64,000 bases of DNA, from NCBI GenBank assembly GCA_964639225.1, contig CAZXCK010000002.1, positions 5,507 through 69,506 of the forward strand. The letters run 5' to 3'. Origin of the DNA: an uncultured Anaerolineaceae bacterium. Lineage in GTDB: Bacteria; Chloroflexota; Anaerolineae; Aggregatilineales; Phototrophicaceae. This document shows, piece by piece, positions 28,278 to 37,521 of this stretch. The position numbers were made by a program, and so were the translations under genes. Under the pieces are notes generated by a model. It ran no database searches, was not told where the DNA came from, and saw nothing but the letters and a program-made list of their open reading frames with translations. The number at the start of each line of letters is the position of its first letter. Position 1 is the first letter of the stretch.

Positions 28278-30065
28278 ATGTATATTCTGGGAATATCCTG
28301 TTTTTATCATGACTCCGCCGCCGCGCTCATCCACAATGGCGACATCGTCGCTGCGGCGATGGAAGAACGGTTCACACGCAAGAAACACGACAACGGCTTC
28401 CCGACAAAGGCCGTTGAATTCTGCCTGAAGCAGGCCGGGATCACCGGCCCCGATCTGGATTATGTCGTATTCTATGAGAAACCGCTGGTCAAGCTGGAGC
28501 GCATTCTGCTGACCACGCTCAACACATTTCCGCATTCATCGGACGTATGGCGCGAGGCCATGCTGAGTTGGCTCAAAGAGAAACTGTGGATCAAGAACAT
28601 TATCCAGAAAGAAGTCGGTATGCCCTATGACCGGCTGCTCTTCTGCGACCACCACATGAGCCATGCCGCCAGTGCCTTCTTCGCCAGCCCGTTCAAAGAG
28701 GCGGCAGTCCTCACGGTCGATGGCGTCGGCGAATGGACGACAACAACGCTCGGCAAAGCGACCAGCCTGTGGGAAGGAGAAGCCAGCGGCAAGAACGAGA
28801 TTAATCTGTTCAGCGAGCAGCGATTCCCGCATTCGCTGGGCCTGTTGTACTCAGCCTTTACGGCTTTCCTGGGCTTCCGCGTCAACAACGGCGAATATAA
28901 AGTCATGGGCATGTCCCCGTATGGTGAGCCGCGCTACCTGGATAGAATGGAGCGCGTTTTCCGGATGAACCCACAGGACGGCAGTTTCGACCTGAATATG
29001 GACTATTTCAGCTTTCACCATTCGGCAACCAGCAGCTTCAATGGCCGCTTTGTCGAGCTGTTCGGCCAACCGCGCCCACCTGATGAAGAATTCTTTACGA
29101 TGATGACCAACCCCGAACGTTCAGCGGAACAGGGGGCCATCAAGCGCAACCAGCACTATGCTGATGTCGCTGCCAGTGTACAGCGTGTGACCGAGGATAC
29201 GCTCATCGCTATCGCCAACTATCTGCACCGCGAAACCGGACTGGACAAACTGGTGATGGCTGGTGGCGTCGCGCTCAATACCAAAGCCAACTATCGAGTA
29301 CTGTCGGAGACACCATTCGACGAAATCTACATCCAACCAGCCGCCGGCGACGACGGCGGTGCATTAGGGGCCGCGCTGTGGGCCTATCATGTTGTGCTGG
29401 GCCAGCCAAGGCGAGCTGCCATGCCTCATGCCTATTGGGGCCAGGCCTACAGTGACGCCGAATGCCGGGACTTCCTGGACAGCGCGGGTGTCCCTTACGA
29501 GTCCTTTACCGACCGCGACGACGAACTGCTGGACATCCTGGCCGAAGAACTCACGCGAGAGCAGGTTATCGGATTTCATCAGGGCCGCTTTGAGTGGGGG
29601 CCGCGCGCCCTGGGCAATCGCAGTATCCTGGCGGACCCACGCCGCGAAGAGATGAAAGAAGTTGTCAACACCAAAATCAAGTTCCGTGAGCCGTTCCGTC
29701 CCTTCGCGCCAGTCATTCTCAAAGAACGCGCCCCGGAATATTTCGACTACCCCAATGTCGACAAACATGAGGCCCCGCGCTACATGCTGATGGTCAGTCC
29801 GGTCAACCCGGATAAACAGGACCAGATCGCTGCTGTCTCTCACATGGGTACCGGACGACTTCAGCTCATCGACCGTGAAACCAACCCGCGCTATTATGGG
29901 CTGGTCGAGCGCTTCGGCCAGATCACTGGCGTGCCAGTCGTGCTGAATACGTCGTTCAATCTGCGCGGCGAGCCTATCGTCAACACGCCCCGCGAGGCGT
30001 ATAATACCTTCAGAAACAGTGATATTGATCTACTTGTACTGGGATCATTGTTAGTCCGCAAATAA
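28278..30065 (+). CDS. Carbamoyltransferase (NodU/CmcH family)
   Basis: 595 aa. The N-terminus MYILGISCFYHDSAAALIHNGDIVAAAMEERFTRKKHD and the C-terminal VVLNTSFNLRGEPIV are hallmark regions. Confidence 0.9.
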   Translation: MYILGISCFYHDSAAALIHNGDIVAAAMEERFTRKKHDNGFPTKAVEFCLKQAGITGPDLDYVVFYEKPLVKLERILLTTLNTFPHSSDVWREAMLSWLKEKLWIKNIIQKEVGMPYDRLLFCDHHMSHAASAFFASPFKEAAVLTVDGVGEWTTTTLGKATSLWEGEASGKNEINLFSEQRFPHSLGLLYSAFTAFLGFRVNNGEYKVMGMSPYGEPRYLDRMERVFRMNPQDGSFDLNMDYFSFHHSATSSFNGRFVELFGQPRPPDEEFFTMMTNPERSAEQGAIKRNQHYADVAASVQRVTEDTLIAIANYLHRETGLDKLVMAGGVALNTKANYRVLSETPFDEIYIQPAAGDDGGALGAALWAYHVVLGQPRRAAMPHAYWGQAYSDAECRDFLDSAGVPYESFTDRDDELLDILAEELTREQVIGFHQGRFEWGPRALGNRSILADPRREEMKEVVNTKIKFREPFRPFAPVILKERAPEYFDYPNVDKHEAPRYMLMVSPVNPDKQDQIAAVSHMGTGRLQLIDRETNPRYYGLVERFGQITGVPVVLNTSFNLRGEPIVNTPREAYNTFRNSDIDLLVLGSLLVRK

Positions 30066-30092
30066 TCCACCACAGGGGGCAAATGTAAGGCT

Positions 30093-30263
30093 ATGCAGGA
30101 TTTTCTGGTTAGGCTGGGAGTGATGGGCGAGTTGCTGCGTTTTCTCTGGAAACGCAAACTCTACTGGCTCATTCCAATGGTGATGACCCTGTTCGTCTTC
30201 GCCATCATAATCGTCCTGGGCAATACCAGCGGTATCGCGCCGTTTGTGTATACCCTGTTCTAA
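30093..30263 (+). CDS. 56-aa membrane microprotein, DUF5989-like (absent from the ORF track because it is under 60 aa)
   Basis: My translation is MQDFLVRLGVMGELLRFLWKRKLYWLIPMVMTLFVFAIIIVLGNTSGIAPFVYTLF*. The pattern (LxxFLxxRKKYWLxP...APFIYTLF) matches the small protein usually encoded next to this carbamoyltransferase family. Confidence 0.65.
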   Translation: MQDFLVRLGVMGELLRFLWKRKLYWLIPMVMTLFVFAIIIVLGNTSGIAPFVYTLF

Positions 30264-30353
30264 AGAACCGGTTGCCACAAACTCACCACAACCGCGACAT
30301 CAGAAGGCGCTCCCCCTGAGCCGGGAGCGCCCCGAACGATCAGGGTGAATCAT

Positions 30354-30719
30354 ATGGAACGACCTTTGCTGGACGCCGTTATCGTCTGTATCATCTTTGC
30401 TGTTATCTTTGGTCCGCTAACCGCTCGTAGTTCGCTGCGCAGAGAGCCTGTTCACGGTGGTCTGCTGCCGGTACTGTTCAATCTCCTCGGCGCTAGCGCA
30501 CTGGTGGCCGTGCTTCCAGGCGTCATCGCTGCGCTGGTGCTAGGCGGCGGATTTCGTCTCGCGTTTCCGTTGGCGCTGGCGTGTGTGGCCATAAGTCTTG
30601 GCGCACTGATGATCTTCGCCGCGCTGGAATATCCGGCCCGCAGCCGATTCGAGGCCGAACAGCAGCGCAAAACAGAACAGGGCTGGACCGAAGAGGATGC
30701 CAGACGCTCTGGCCTGTAA
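30354..30719 (+). CDS. Integral membrane protein, function unknown
   Basis: Four hydrophobic segments. The charged C-terminus is RFEAEQQRKTEQGWTEEDARRSGL. ATG at 30354, or GTG at 30345. Confidence 0.5.
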   Translation: MERPLLDAVIVCIIFAVIFGPLTARSSLRREPVHGGLLPVLFNLLGASALVAVLPGVIAALVLGGGFRLAFPLALACVAISLGALMIFAALEYPARSRFEAEQQRKTEQGWTEEDARRSGL

Positions 30720-30779
30720 CAACTACACAGAACCTAAACCGACAATCACTTTGCCGCATTTCTGCCAACAGAAAGATAG

Positions 30780-32327
30780 ATGTTCATGCCTCGCGCCTTA
30801 CTAAGCGTTTATGACAAAACGGCCATTGAATCGTTTGCGACCAGTCTCGTCAACATGGGCTGGGAACTCATCGCCAGTGGTGGCACCCGGCAGGCACTGA
30901 TTGACGTGGGCCTACCGGTGCAGTCCGTTGATGAAGAAACGGGCGTTCCGGCCATGCTAGGCGGACGAGTCAAAACGCTGCACCCAGCCATTTTCGCTGG
31001 CATTCTGGCACGCGACAACGAATCCGACCGCGATGATCTCGACCGTATGGGTTACAGCCGAATTGATATGGTGGTCTGCAATCTGTACCCGTTCCAGGAA
31101 ACAATCAGCCGGGCCGGTACCACACTTCAGGATGCGATTGAAGAAATCGACATCGGCGGTGTCTCACTGCTGCGTGCAGCCGCAAAGAACTTCCTGTACA
31201 CGACCGTCATCTGTGACCCTGCCGATTACGAAGCCGTGACCGCCGAAATTCAGGCCAACAACGCCGTCGATCTGGCGCTGAGGCGGTCGCTCGCCATCAA
31301 AGCGTTTGCCCATACCCGCGACTACGACACCGCCATTCACGCTTTTCTGTCACGCGGGACAGCCAGCAACACAGAAACCGCAGTCGAGCTTCCAGCCAAG
31401 TTATCGATTGGCATGCAGAAGGTAGAGGACCTGCGCTATGGAGAGAATCCGCACCAGGCCGCTGCCTATTACAGCCAGTCATCAACCGATGGACCACTGG
31501 GCGGCAAACTGCTGGGCGGCAAGCAGCTTTCATACAACAACATTCTTGACCTCGATGCCGCCTGGCGCGCTGTGAGCAGCTTCAGCGATCCTTCCGTAGT
31601 GATCGTCAAGCATCTAAATCCCTGCGGCATCGCCAGCGCCATCAGCATCGCCCAGGCCTACTCACCCGCCCTTGAAAGCGATCCGGTGTCTGCCTTTGGC
31701 GGCGTAATCGCCGTCAACCGCATGGTTGACCTGGACTTTGTGGAAACACTCGGTTCGTTGTTCGTCGAGGCAATCGCAGCGCCGTCATTCAGCGACGAGG
31801 CTGCGGAACTGCTCAACGAAAAACGCAAAAACTGCCGTCTGCTTCAGATTCCATTCCCATTCAGCGGCGCTGAGTTTGAACTACGCAGAGTTCAGCACGG
31901 TATGCTGGTCCAGCATGCGGACATGGGCGATCCTGAAGGCACACTGCTGCGTACAGTCACCGAGCGCGCCCCCACAACTGAAGAAATGAGCGCGCTGCAA
32001 TTCGCCTGGAAGTGCGTCACGCACGTCAAATCAAACGCAATCGTGCTGGCCGTACCTGGCGCTACAGTAGGAATCGGCGGCGGCCTGCCCAGCCGTGTGG
32101 ACGCCGCTCAGATCGCCGTTGCCAAAGCCGGCGAAAGGGCCAGAGGCGCGGTTATGGCGTCGGATGCGTTTTTCCCCTTCGCCGATGGCGTCAAAGCGGC
32201 CATTGACGCTGGTGTGACCGCTATCATCCAGCCGGGCGGGTCTATCCGCGATGCGGAAGTCATCGAAGCGGCCAACCGCGCCGATATCGCCATGGTGATG
32301 ACCGGAATACGCCATTTCCGCCATTAA
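30780..32327 (+). CDS. purH: Bifunctional AICAR transformylase / IMP cyclohydrolase
   Basis: ALLSVYDKT, SGGTRQAL, KTLHPAIFAGILAR, IVKHLNPCG and the terminal TGIRHFRH. Confidence 0.95.
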   Translation: MFMPRALLSVYDKTAIESFATSLVNMGWELIASGGTRQALIDVGLPVQSVDEETGVPAMLGGRVKTLHPAIFAGILARDNESDRDDLDRMGYSRIDMVVCNLYPFQETISRAGTTLQDAIEEIDIGGVSLLRAAAKNFLYTTVICDPADYEAVTAEIQANNAVDLALRRSLAIKAFAHTRDYDTAIHAFLSRGTASNTETAVELPAKLSIGMQKVEDLRYGENPHQAAAYYSQSSTDGPLGGKLLGGKQLSYNNILDLDAAWRAVSSFSDPSVVIVKHLNPCGIASAISIAQAYSPALESDPVSAFGGVIAVNRMVDLDFVETLGSLFVEAIAAPSFSDEAAELLNEKRKNCRLLQIPFPFSGAEFELRRVQHGMLVQHADMGDPEGTLLRTVTERAPTTEEMSALQFAWKCVTHVKSNAIVLAVPGATVGIGGGLPSRVDAAQIAVAKAGERARGAVMASDAFFPFADGVKAAIDAGVTAIIQPGGSIRDAEVIEAANRADIAMVMTGIRHFRH

Positions 32328-32356
32328 ATGCGCTGGCAAAGTGGTCAATTCTGACC

Positions 32357-32385
32357 TTGCTTGCGCCTGCGGCAGTTGCTATAAT
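32357..32385 (+). promoter_or_regulatory. Candidate sigma70-type promoter for tRNA-Thr
   Basis: TTGCTT (32357-32362), 17-nt spacer, TATAAT (32380-32385). The tRNA 5' end lies 17 nt downstream. Confidence 0.4.
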
Positions 32386-32402
32386 GCCGGCATAAGCGAA
32401 CC

Positions 32403-32474
32403 GCCACCGTAGCTCAACGGCAGAGCATACGCTTCGTAAGCGTGAGGTTATGGGTTCAAATCCCATCGGTGGCT
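32403..32474 (+). tRNA. tRNA-Thr (anticodon CGU)
   Basis: Hand-folded cloverleaf. Acceptor stem GCCACCG/CGGTGGC, D arm GCTC-AACGGCA-GAGC, anticodon arm TACGC-TTCGTAA-GCGTG, variable loop AGGTT, T arm ATGGG-TTCAAAT-CCCAT, discriminator T. CCA is not encoded. Confidence 0.9.
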
Positions 32475-32533
32475 TTTCTCCAAATGCCCGCACAGATGCT
32501 GCTGCGGGCGTTCTTGTGTCAGGACAGGAAACT

Positions 32534-33208
32534 ATGGACACCGACGCACATTCTACGGACCGGCACCCTGTCACAATCGCCGTCGCGGGTGGCACCGGTT
32601 CTGGCAAAACCACCGTCTCCAACGCCCTGCTGGATCGGGTTGGCCATCGTCATATCGCCTATATCCCCCACGACGCCTATTATAAAGACCTGCGCCACCT
32701 GCCGCCTCAGCAACTTTACACCTTCAATTTCGACCATCCTGATGCGCTCGACACGCATCTTATGATCGAACATATCAAACAGTTGCAGGCCGGCCAACCG
32801 GTCGAAATCCCCATCTATGATTTTACGGTTCACCAGCGCACCGAACGCACGCAGACCGTTGGGCCGCAGCCCATTATTCTGGTCGAGGGTATTCTGATTT
32901 TTGGCGACGCCGCCCTGCGCGAACTATTCGACGTCAAAATCTATGTCGATACTGACGCTGATCTACGTTTCATCCGTCGTCTTCAGCGCGACATCGTCGA
33001 ACGTGGTCGCACAATGGAGTCGGTAATCGAACAGTACCTGAATACTGTACGCCCGATGCATCTCAAGTTTGTGGAACCAAGTAAACGCTACGCGGATGTC
33101 ATCATACCTGAAGGTGGCTTCAATATGGTCGCCATCGACATGGTCGCCGCTCGCATTCGCAACATGCTCGAAACCGGCCATTCTCAAGCGACCGACGCCA
33201 GGGATTGA
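32534..33208 (+). CDS. udk: Uridine kinase
   Basis: P-loop IAVAGGTGSGKTT, plus IPIYDFTVHQR and DADLRFIRRLQRD. The ATG at 32534 was chosen because the longer ORF (32450) would overlap the tRNA. Confidence 0.9.
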   Translation: MDTDAHSTDRHPVTIAVAGGTGSGKTTVSNALLDRVGHRHIAYIPHDAYYKDLRHLPPQQLYTFNFDHPDALDTHLMIEHIKQLQAGQPVEIPIYDFTVHQRTERTQTVGPQPIILVEGILIFGDAALRELFDVKIYVDTDADLRFIRRLQRDIVERGRTMESVIEQYLNTVRPMHLKFVEPSKRYADVIIPEGGFNMVAIDMVAARIRNMLETGHSQATDARD

Positions 33209-33234
33209 CACTCAAAGTGGGCGCATGCTATACT
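33205..33234 (+). promoter_or_regulatory. Candidate sigma70-type promoter for the T-box leader
   Basis: TTGACA (33205-33210), 18-nt spacer, TATACT (33229-33234). It overlaps the udk stop codon. Confidence 0.5.
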
Positions 33235-33265
33235 CCGCCTCAAGAAAATACGCTCATCAAAGACT

Positions 33266-33521
33266 TTGATCGGGAAGAGTAGATAATTCTCCTTACGCCA
33301 GAGAGTGCAGGTCAAAGGCTGAAAGCCTGCTCGTAACGACTTATCGAACGTCACCCGTGAGTCGCTGGTCCGAAGAGCACTATGTTTCATATCAGCTCAC
33401 TAAGATCAGCCGGCAGCGCCCGTTATCGCGCCAACAAGTGCGGCAGTTCATCTGCCGAAACAAGGTGGTACCGCGAGAGCCTACCCTCCCGTCCTTGTAT
33501 TGCAGGATGAGAGGGTTTTTT
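33266..33521 (+). promoter_or_regulatory. T-box leader (tRNA-sensing riboswitch), specifier GUC (Val), with intrinsic terminator
   Basis: Stem I base UGAUCGGG...CCCGUGAGUC is K-turn-like. The upper helix is GAUAA/UUAUC. The specifier loop 3' side is GAAC-GUC-A, with GUC at 33350-33352. Also present: AGAGA box (33300s), F-box-like CCGUUA (~33418), T-box sequence AAACAAGGUGGUACCGCG (33458-33475), and the terminator stem CCCTCCCGTCCT/AGGATGAGAGGG (33484-33515) followed by T6. Confidence 0.85.
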
Positions 33522-33540
33522 GTTGCATCGGGAGGAAATC

Positions 33541-34344
33541 ATGGCAAAAAATGCGGCATCAAACAGAATCAGTAACAACACCACTGATTTCTACGATGCG
33601 ATTGCCGAATATTATCCCTACTTCTACCGGGACTGGGAAACGCAGCTCCAACGCGAGGGGCTGAGCCTGCGCGCAATCTTCCGCAATAAAGGTGTGGAAC
33701 GCGTTCTGGATGCCTCGTGCGGGGCCGGGACGCAGGCAGTATCGCTGGCCCAGTTGGGCTTCAGCGTCGTCGCCGCTGACCCCAGCCCCGGCATGTTGCG
33801 CCAGGCGAACCAGATTGCTGAACAGTACGGCGTTACGGACAAAGTCGAGTTTCACCGCTCCGGCTTCCTTGACCTGCCCGATGTCGTCGAGGGGCCATTC
33901 GATGCCATTATCAGCAAGGGCAACGCCCTGCCACATCTACTGCTCGACGACGAGATCGAGACCACCCTGCTGATCTTCTTCGATCTACTGCGGCCTGGCG
34001 GTCTGCTCGTCATCGGCATGCGCGACTTCGGCCCGTTTATGGAAGACCGTCCGCGCTTCATACCTGGATTCATTAGTACCGACGACGATGACGCCGAGTT
34101 CATAACCTTTGACGTATGGGAATGGCAGGAAGGCCCGCCGGTAATCGCCACCCAGAATCTCTACATTGTCAAAGGCAAAGGCAGCAACTACCAGGCGATC
34201 AAACAGCAGGTTACGTTCAGGCCACTGTCGACAGACGAGGTAAAGGTCGTACTGCTAGAGGTCGGTTTTGAGGACATTATCGACCAGCCAGACCGTGCCG
34301 AGCGGGTGCTCGTGGCGCGCAAACCCTTGACAACCAGTTCATAA
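33541..34344 (+). CDS. Class I SAM-dependent methyltransferase
   Basis: Motif I VLDASCGAGTQAVSLAQLG with post-I VVAADPSPGM. A GGAGG RBS lies at 33531-33535. The TTG at 33520 in the ORF track lies inside the terminator U-tract. Confidence 0.8.
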   Translation: MAKNAASNRISNNTTDFYDAIAEYYPYFYRDWETQLQREGLSLRAIFRNKGVERVLDASCGAGTQAVSLAQLGFSVVAADPSPGMLRQANQIAEQYGVTDKVEFHRSGFLDLPDVVEGPFDAIISKGNALPHLLLDDEIETTLLIFFDLLRPGGLLVIGMRDFGPFMEDRPRFIPGFISTDDDDAEFITFDVWEWQEGPPVIATQNLYIVKGKGSNYQAIKQQVTFRPLSTDEVKVVLLEVGFEDIIDQPDRAERVLVARKPLTTSS

Positions 34345-34366
34345 TTCGCACACAGGATTACATAGC

Positions 34367-37003
34367 ATGGCTACCGAAATCAAGCGCCAGATGCCCAAGA
34401 ATTTTGATTTTGCTGAGGCGGAAAGCCGCCTATATGACTGGTGGGAGCAGAACGGTTGGTTCAGGCCAGAATGTGCCGCGCCAGACGCGGAGCCGTTCAC
34501 TATCAGCATGCCCCCGCCCAATGTAACCGGCGCACTGCACATTGGCCACGCGCTGTTTTCCACACTTGAAGACCTCATGATCCGCTATGAGCGCATGCGC
34601 GGCAAAGCGGCCCTGTGGGTGCCTGGAACCGACCACGCCGGCATTGCCACCCAGCTTCAGGTGGAGAAGATGCTGGAAAAACAGGGAACCAATCGAGAGG
34701 CGCTCGGTCGAGAGGAATTTCTGCGCCGCACCTGGGCATGGAAAGCAGAATACGGCGGCACCATCATCCGCCAGCTTCGCCGCCTGGGCGCAAGCTGCGA
34801 CTGGTCGCGAGAACGCTTCACGCTGGACGAAGGGCTTTCCAACGCCGTGCAGGAAGTCTTTATCCGCCTGTACGAAGAAGGGCTGATCTATCGCGGACCG
34901 CGCCTGGTGAACTGGTCCCCGGGTTTGCAGACCGCCGTCTCCGACCTGGAAGTGGAACGCTCTGAGGAAACCAGTAAGCTGTATTATTTCAAGTATCCGG
35001 TGGAGGGCGGCGAATTCCTGCCGGTGGCTACTACCCGCCCGGAGACGATCCTGGGCGATACGGCGGTCTGCGTCCATCCTGATGACGACCGCTACCGGCA
35101 TTTCATTGGCAAGAATGCCTACGTGCCCATGCTCAACCGCGAGATTCCGATCATCGCCGACGAATACGTTGATCGCGAGTTCGGCACTGGCGCGCTCAAA
35201 ATCACACCTGCACACGACTTCAACGACTACAAGCTCGGAGAGCAGCACAGTCTGCCTGTGGTCAACGTCCTGACACAGAAGGCCACCATGAACGAAAACG
35301 CCGGCCCCTACGAAGGGCTGGACCGTTTCGAGTGCCGCAAGCGCCTGTGGGCCGATATGGAAACCGCCGGACTGACCATCAAAACTGAAGACCACACGAT
35401 GGTCGTACCACGCAGCCAGCGCGGCGGAGAAGTCATCGAGCCACTCATCAGCACACAGTGGTTCCTGAAGATTCAGCCACTGGCCGAACGAGCACTGGAA
35501 GCCGTCCGCGAGGGCGAAATCAAGATCGTGCCGGAACGCTTCGAGCGTGTCTATTATCACTGGCTGGAAAACATCGAGGACTGGTGCATCAGCCGCCAGC
35601 TCTGGTGGGGTCATCGTATCCCGGCCTGGTACCATGAGGATGGGCGCATCTATGTGGGCCGTACCGCGCCGAAAGAAGACGGTTGGACACCGGAAGAGGA
35701 CGTGCTGGACACCTGGTTCAGCAGCGGACTGTGGCCCTTCAGCACACTTGGCTGGCCACAGGACACACCAGACCTGCGCCGCTACTATCCCACCGACATT
35801 ATGGAGACAGGCTACGACATTCTGTTCTTCTGGGTGGCGCGCATGATTATGATGGGCCTGTGGTTCACGGATAAACCACCGTTCCACACGGTGTATCTGC
35901 ACGGACTTGTCAGAGATGCCAAGGGCCGTAAGATCAGCAAAACGCTGGGCAACACCATTGATCCGCTGGAACTGATCGACAAGTACGGCGCGGACCCGCT
36001 GCGCTTCACCCTGGTGACCAGCGGCACGCCCGGCAACGATGTCAACCTGGACCCCAACCGCATTGAAGGCGAATGGCGCTTTGTCAATAAAATCTGGCAG
36101 ATGGCGAACTTCATCACCGCCAACCTGGGTGAAGAGTCAATCCCTGTCGGGCTGCCAGTCGCAAATGAACTGGACCTGCCCTCGCGCTGGATTCTGAGCC
36201 GTCTGAACCAGCTCATCGGTACTGTGCAGCGGTTGTTCGACACCTATCAATACGGCGAGGCTGGGCGTCAAGTTCGATCATTCCTGTGGGATGAATTCGC
36301 CGACTGGTACATCGAAATGAGCAAGAACGCGCTCTACAGCGACGATGCCACAGCACGGACTCACACCTTGCAGATGCTGGTCCATGTGATGGACACCAGC
36401 CTGCGCCTTCTGCATCCGTTTATGCCTTTCGCCACCGAGGAAATCTGGCGCTACCTGCCCCACTCCGGCAAAGCGCTCATCATCGCTGACTGGCCGCAGG
36501 CCCATTCGGAACTAATTGACCATGACGCCGAGAACCGGATGAGCATTCTCATGGATATGGTCCGGGGAATTCGCGCTACCCGCATCGAATACAATGTGGA
36601 CCCTGGTCGCAAGGTCACCGCGCAGGCCACGCCCGGCAGCTTCCGCGACATCATTGAAGCGCACACTTATCTGTTTGCGCGGCTGTGTAACGTCGCCAAC
36701 ATGGAAATACTGGCCAACGGCACACAGGCTCCAGAAGACGCCGCTTCGATTGTCGTCAGCGATGTGACAGTGTATCTGCCCTTGGCTGGCATGATCGACA
36801 TCGAGGCCGAAGTTGAACGGTTGAGCAAAGAGCTTGAGCGCCTCGATCAGCAGATCAGCAAGACGCAGGGCATGCTCGCTAACGAGCAGTTTGTCAGTCG
36901 GGCCAAGCCCGAAGTCGTCCAGCGCGAGCGCGACCGGCTCATCGAACTGGAAGCCAGCAGCACCAGCATCCGCGACCGACTGGCACAACTGAGCAGCAAA
37001 TAA
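34367..37003 (+). CDS. valS: Valine--tRNA ligase
   Basis: 878 aa. HIGH motif PPPNVTGALHIGHA, KMSKS motif KISKTLGN, and a C-terminal coiled coil. Confidence 0.95.
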   Translation: MATEIKRQMPKNFDFAEAESRLYDWWEQNGWFRPECAAPDAEPFTISMPPPNVTGALHIGHALFSTLEDLMIRYERMRGKAALWVPGTDHAGIATQLQVEKMLEKQGTNREALGREEFLRRTWAWKAEYGGTIIRQLRRLGASCDWSRERFTLDEGLSNAVQEVFIRLYEEGLIYRGPRLVNWSPGLQTAVSDLEVERSEETSKLYYFKYPVEGGEFLPVATTRPETILGDTAVCVHPDDDRYRHFIGKNAYVPMLNREIPIIADEYVDREFGTGALKITPAHDFNDYKLGEQHSLPVVNVLTQKATMNENAGPYEGLDRFECRKRLWADMETAGLTIKTEDHTMVVPRSQRGGEVIEPLISTQWFLKIQPLAERALEAVREGEIKIVPERFERVYYHWLENIEDWCISRQLWWGHRIPAWYHEDGRIYVGRTAPKEDGWTPEEDVLDTWFSSGLWPFSTLGWPQDTPDLRRYYPTDIMETGYDILFFWVARMIMMGLWFTDKPPFHTVYLHGLVRDAKGRKISKTLGNTIDPLELIDKYGADPLRFTLVTSGTPGNDVNLDPNRIEGEWRFVNKIWQMANFITANLGEESIPVGLPVANELDLPSRWILSRLNQLIGTVQRLFDTYQYGEAGRQVRSFLWDEFADWYIEMSKNALYSDDATARTHTLQMLVHVMDTSLRLLHPFMPFATEEIWRYLPHSGKALIIADWPQAHSELIDHDAENRMSILMDMVRGIRATRIEYNVDPGRKVTAQATPGSFRDIIEAHTYLFARLCNVANMEILANGTQAPEDAASIVVSDVTVYLPLAGMIDIEAEVERLSKELERLDQQISKTQGMLANEQFVSRAKPEVVQRERDRLIELEASSTSIRDRLAQLSSK

Positions 37004-37032
37004 TCAACGAATCCCAACAGACGATACAAGCA

Positions 37033-37060
37033 AGTCCCCGGCTGAAAAACACCGGGGACT
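37033..37060. terminator. Hairpin between convergent valS and the HEAT-repeat gene
   Basis: AGTCCCCGG (37033-37041) pairs with CCGGGGACT (37052-37060) across a 10-nt loop. The U-tract is weak. Confidence 0.4.
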
Positions 37061-37086
37061 TATCATTTAAGTCTAGCATCCGCCCG

Positions 37087-37308
37087 TCAGGACTGATTGT
37101 TGTTTTTGAGGAAAATCTTACGGCCTGCTTCCTGCGCAGCCCGCCGAATATCGGCGTTGGGGTCCTGCCTGAAAACCTGCTGCAACGGTTCGAGCGCATC
37201 AGGGTCGGACAAAAGCTCCAACTCCCGAATAGCCTTCAGCCGCGCTTCAGGATTTTTGTCTTTCAATCGCGCAATGTGGTAAGCGACCACCCGCTTAACC
37301 AACGACAT
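37087..37308 (-). CDS. Small HEAT-repeat protein
   Basis: 73 aa. DKNPEARLKAIRELELLSDPDALEPLQQVFRQDPNADIRRAAQEA is a PBS-lyase/HEAT-like repeat pattern. Confidence 0.55.
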   Translation of the reverse strand: MSLVKRVVAYHIARLKDKNPEARLKAIRELELLSDPDALEPLQQVFRQDPNADIRRAAQEAGRKIFLKNNNQS

Positions 37309-37521
37309 GAATAACCCTTCCCAGAGGTCATGAAACAGATTGCAGGTTCATAATTTAAACCCGTTGGGTTCTGTAACTGCCATTATATATCAAAACAGCA
37401 TGCCCGTGCGATTATTCGACACGGGCCGTTTATGGTCGTCTTTTGCCCTCGCAGCAAGGCGCTAACCTGCGTATAATTGGCCTCTGTTAGCTGTTTGTTC
37501 TGATGATGCAGAGAACCGATC

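Noticed and set aside
32450-32533. N-terminal extension of the udk ORF overlapping the 3' part of tRNA-Thr
   Set aside because: The extension (MGSNPIGGFSPNARTD...) is the translation of the tRNA T-arm and spacer. The Udk P-loop begins shortly after the internal ATG at 32534.
33346-33353. Alternative T-box specifier readings in GAACGUCA: CGU (Arg) or ACG (Thr)
   Set aside because: Position-wise alignment with the glyQS specifier loop puts GUC directly before the conserved purine that abuts the lower helix. The UGGU bulge predicts an A discriminator, whereas the tRNA-Thr in this window has U. The regulated operon contains valS.
33184-33575. ORFs 33184-33390 (minus) and 33357-33575 (plus) in the udk-methyltransferase gap
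   Set aside because: The region folds into a complete T-box leader (specifier loop, T-box sequence, terminator). These ORFs cross structured RNA elements and have no coding signature.
34430-35902. 490-aa ORF antisense to valS, the longest unexplained ORF in the track
   Set aside because: It lies entirely within valS, whose translation has the HIGH and KMSKS motifs and full-length synthetase similarity. The antisense product is Arg/Ala/His-rich with no recognisable motif. It is a typical shadow ORF in GC-rich coding DNA.
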